Below are positions 60,121 to 64,000 of a DNA stretch of 64,000 bases, in pieces. Location: the NCBI RefSeq assembly GCF_009914755.1, contig NC_060940.1. The stretch is one strand, 5' to 3'. Source of the stretch: the human T2T-CHM13v2.0 reference genome, Homo sapiens. The translations under genes were made by a program, and so were the position numbers. Under the pieces are notes generated by a model, which worked only from the letters and a program-made list of their open reading frames with translations, made no database searches and was not told where the DNA came from. Within the stretch, counting starts at the first letter, position 1; each line of letters starts with the position of its first letter.

Positions 60121-60348
60121 TGCACAAGAGGTTAACAAAGAGATTAAGTTTTTCTCCCCCACTTTCTCCACCTCACAAAGATACAATATGTCTTATAAAT
60201 ATAAAGTGAATGCGATAATCAGTCCTACAATAACCTCACTACTGCAGTTCCAAACTGCTAATCTTAAAAGTCCTCTTCAGGACAAGGAAATAATCACTTC
60301 AACAAACAAACTATTCACAAGATAAAGTTTCCTTAGGCATATCCTTAC

Positions 60349-60546
60349 CTGTAAAATGTTAGTAAAAAAGTCGTGGTAGAACATGGGCCAATCCTGACGT
60401 CCAATATCAACAATAACTTTGCAGAGCTTGTTCCGGATAAAGTAAGGTAAGGTTTTATGGTGAGCCAAAAGGAGTTTGGGCAGACAGCTACGGATTTCCA
60501 TCTTATCCTGAGATGGGACCCCAAGCCACATTTTATTGATCAGATT
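60349..60546 (-). CDS. XPO6: Exportin-6 coding exon (probable exon 4, 198 nt; NLINKMWLGVPSQDK...FFTNILQ)
   Basis: Acceptor tttttcag|AAT, donor CAG|gtaagg; ORF 60277..60531; phase 0->0. Confidence 0.97.
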
Positions 60547-60949
60547 CTGAAAAACAAATATACATCTTTTAAGTTAACAACCTATACACAAAAATAACTG
60601 CTTTTCATCCCACAGGTAGCTATTATCACTTCAATAAACAAGAATCCCTCTTTAAATAAAGGTTTGGGGCAATATGGCAATAAGAATAATAAAAGTATTC
60701 AAATCTTAGGACACAACAGTCCCATTCCTAGGAAGAACTGCCAAATAACAGAAACAAAAAGCTGTACGTGCAAAAACTTTTTTACACCACTGTCTCTAAT
60801 GGCCACCAAAATATAATGACAGAAGCAACTTCAATGTTCAAAAACAGGAGCATGCCTTGGTGAATAATGTCATAACCACATGTGGGGATATAAAATAAAG
60901 TGGGGAAAAGTAGAATACAAAATAGCATGGGCAATATGATTACAATTAG

Positions 60950-61259
<310 letters not shown>

Positions 61260-61670
61260 TACAGTTAGGCTTTTTAAAGGGGGGCACAGAAGACAAGGAT
61301 TGGAAGAGAGGTGATAAATAAAACTTTTTGTTGTTGGGGATGATGGTATTATGGTTATTATTTCTCCTCCTAAAATGTTTTTATTTAATTATCTTTCCTT
61401 TATCAATGATAACAGGCAGGGAATAGTTACATGTTACCACAAATGACCTACCTACTTAACCCTAAAGTCAACCATCCATCTTACCTTTCTAGTGTGGAAG
61501 ATGGAAGATGCCCCAAACACCAGACAACTACATAAAGACAGTATGTGGGACGACATCCCAGAGCTGAGCTACCCTCTCCCAGCACATTACAGCTCTAGTC
61601 TAGTGCTAATGATATGGCAATAGAACTACAAAATCCTTTTCAGAAGAGTATAAAATTACTGACAACTTAC

Positions 61671-61783
61671 CTCAAAAACTGTTAAACTGTACATCATTAC
61701 ATAGTCATTCCTAGTGCTGGAGAGAAAGTACAGGCAGAATCTCCAGGCTCCTATTTGCTGGGCAAAGTTATTAAGAAGCTCCT
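61671..61783 (-). CDS. XPO6: Exportin-6 coding exon (probable exon 3, 113 nt; EELLNNFAQQIGAWRFCLYFLSSTRNDYVMMYSLTVFE, importin-beta N-terminal/Ran-binding region)
   Basis: Acceptor ttttccag|AG, donor GAG|gtaagt; peptide appears in ORF 61656..62045 and matches the recalled XPO6 N-terminus; phase 1->0. Confidence 0.97.
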
Positions 61784-62737
61784 CTGGAAAAGTTAAATGG
61801 CAACAAAAGAAAGCTATGAAAATACATGAAATTAGACAAGACTGGGCTATCTTATTATTATTTAAACATGTCTCTCTGCATATAATGTAAATGATGTCAA
61901 AACCAGCGGATTCTTTAAGATAGAAAGAATAAATCATACAATATTTTTCTGCGTCTGAGGTGACCATGGACACTGACAATGTTTTCAGCCACCTAAAAGC
62001 CAATAACCTCGCTATGGATATTTCTCTAGGCAGAGAAACTTTCACTGCTAAAGTTCTTATTTAAGCTAATGTGTGGCTGGAATGTTCTAAGAGTACCCTT
62101 CCATCTTCTTAAAACTGCTAGCTAACTTACTTCGTCTGAATATGAGCTACATTCTAGGGCCTCGCCATTCCTCTACAAATCTTCAGTGGAGCCTACATTG
62201 TTCACACACACAAAATGACGGCTAGAAAGGCAGAAAAAGAAAAGATTAAGACTAATTCTACAAAGATAGGAAAGGAAAAAAATGCAAGAGAATTCAAAAC
62301 GGCTAACTCTTCATTTGGGTTGGTTTTATTTTAAAACACTGCCACCAAAAAAGTGAATCGACCGGTGGCAAGAGCAACGATGACGAGTGTTGCGGCGAGT
62401 AGCCCTGTCCACACATCACGTTGGTTAGAAACGGTTTTCCTCCTCCTGAGGCTGCTGATGGCATCAGCCAGAACCCACAAGGCAGCAAGCATTACGGGGC
62501 TACCATCATGTTTCTGGACATGCTGTCCCTTAGTCACCTTGACCTGCTGCACTGGTCATGAAATATAATCCAAAAAGGGTAAAAGTGCAAAGGCCCACAA
62601 CCTTGAGAGATTCTAGAAAGCCTTTGGAAAAGCAGAACACACAGCAGCTTCTTCTAATCCTCAAGTCATTGCTCTGCTAGTTCCCTACAACTTAAGCTAA
62701 ATGCAACGACGCAGTCTCATTAAAAAATCCATGGAAA

Positions 62738-63234
62738 GGCCAGGCACAGTGGCTCACATCTGTAATCCCAGCACTTTGAGAAGCTGAGGCAGGAGGACTG
62801 CTTGAGGCCAGGAGTTGAAAGACCAGCCTGGGCAACACTGAGACCCTGTCTCTACAAAACAATGAAAAACTTAACTAGATATGGTGGTAAGTGCCTGTAG
62901 TCCTAGTTACTCAAGAGGCTGAGGCAGGAGGAGACCTTGCTCTGTTGCCCAGGCTGGTCTTTAACTCCTGGCCTCAAGTGATCCTCCTGTCTCAGCCACC
63001 TGAATAGCTAGGATTATAAGCATGAGACACCACGCACAGATGGCTATTTAAAGAAAAAAAAAACTCGACAACTTAGGAGAGTGTCAAAATGAACATGCTT
63101 TGGTGTGCCTGAAGCTTTAGCCCAGGAGGCCGAGGTTGCAATGAGCTATGATCACGCCACTACACCCAGCCTGAGTGATAGAGCAAAATCCTATCTCTTA
63201 AAACAAAACAAAACAAAAAAAAAAAACAAAAAAA
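62738..63234 (+). mobile_element. AluJ interrupted by an inverted Alu monomer plus unique DNA
   Basis: Forward Alu breaks at about 62932 and resumes at about 63115. Confidence 0.8.
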
Positions 63235-63672
<438 letters not shown>

Positions 63673-63689
63673 GAAAAGGGGGGAAACAT

Positions 63690-63812
63690 ATTTTTGTAGA
63701 GATGGAGTCTTGCTATATTACCCAGACTGGTCTCAAACCCCTGGGCTCAAGTGATCCACCCGCCTTGACCTCCCAAAGTGCTGAGATTACAGGCATGGGC
63801 CACCATGCCTAG
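63690..63812 (-). mobile_element. Alu left monomer/FLAM
   Basis: Reverse single arm. Confidence 0.8.
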
Positions 63813-64000
63813 TCAAAAACATTATTTTAATAAAAATAAAAGTTAATTACAAATCCATAAAAGGAAGCTAACAGCCTGCCCTAATAATTAAGCAAAGGTT
63901 TCTGTGAATCCCCAAAGTGAAGTCAAACCAGACTGGAACTGAGGAACTCTGGGCTCTGTTCTAGACTCTGAGTCTGACCCCAGGTGAGTCACTGCTCCCC

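Overview
Primate (very likely human) genomic DNA covering the middle of XPO6 (exportin-6, the importin-beta-family exporter of actin-profilin), encoded on the minus strand. I mapped 13 coding exons by hand (probably exons 3-15, about aa 32-668, 1,910 nt in total). All have GT-AG boundaries and join into one open frame. The gene's 5' end lies beyond position 64000 and its 3' exons lie before position 1. The introns carry about 30 Alu/FLAM elements, L1/L2/MIR fossils, MaLR LTRs, DNA-transposon fossils (Tigger1, Tigger3, MER2, MER58, MER20, MER5, Charlie), and a SNORA25-like H/ACA snoRNA retrocopy antisense to the gene. The strongest candidate for something undescribed is in the nearly repeat-free intron 7. 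There, read-through of the exon-7 donor and splicing to a strong intronic acceptor (39840), which is followed by AATAAA, both give the same truncated protein ending ...ELDER*, suggesting an intronic-polyadenylation / alternative-last-exon switch. Other points of interest are several candidate poison exons, a triple CAGCAGCAG acceptor, tightly spaced inverted Alus, a tail-less AluY and fold-back insertion scars. Gene and repeat names and exon numbers come from recognition rather than database searches, and repeat boundaries are approximate.
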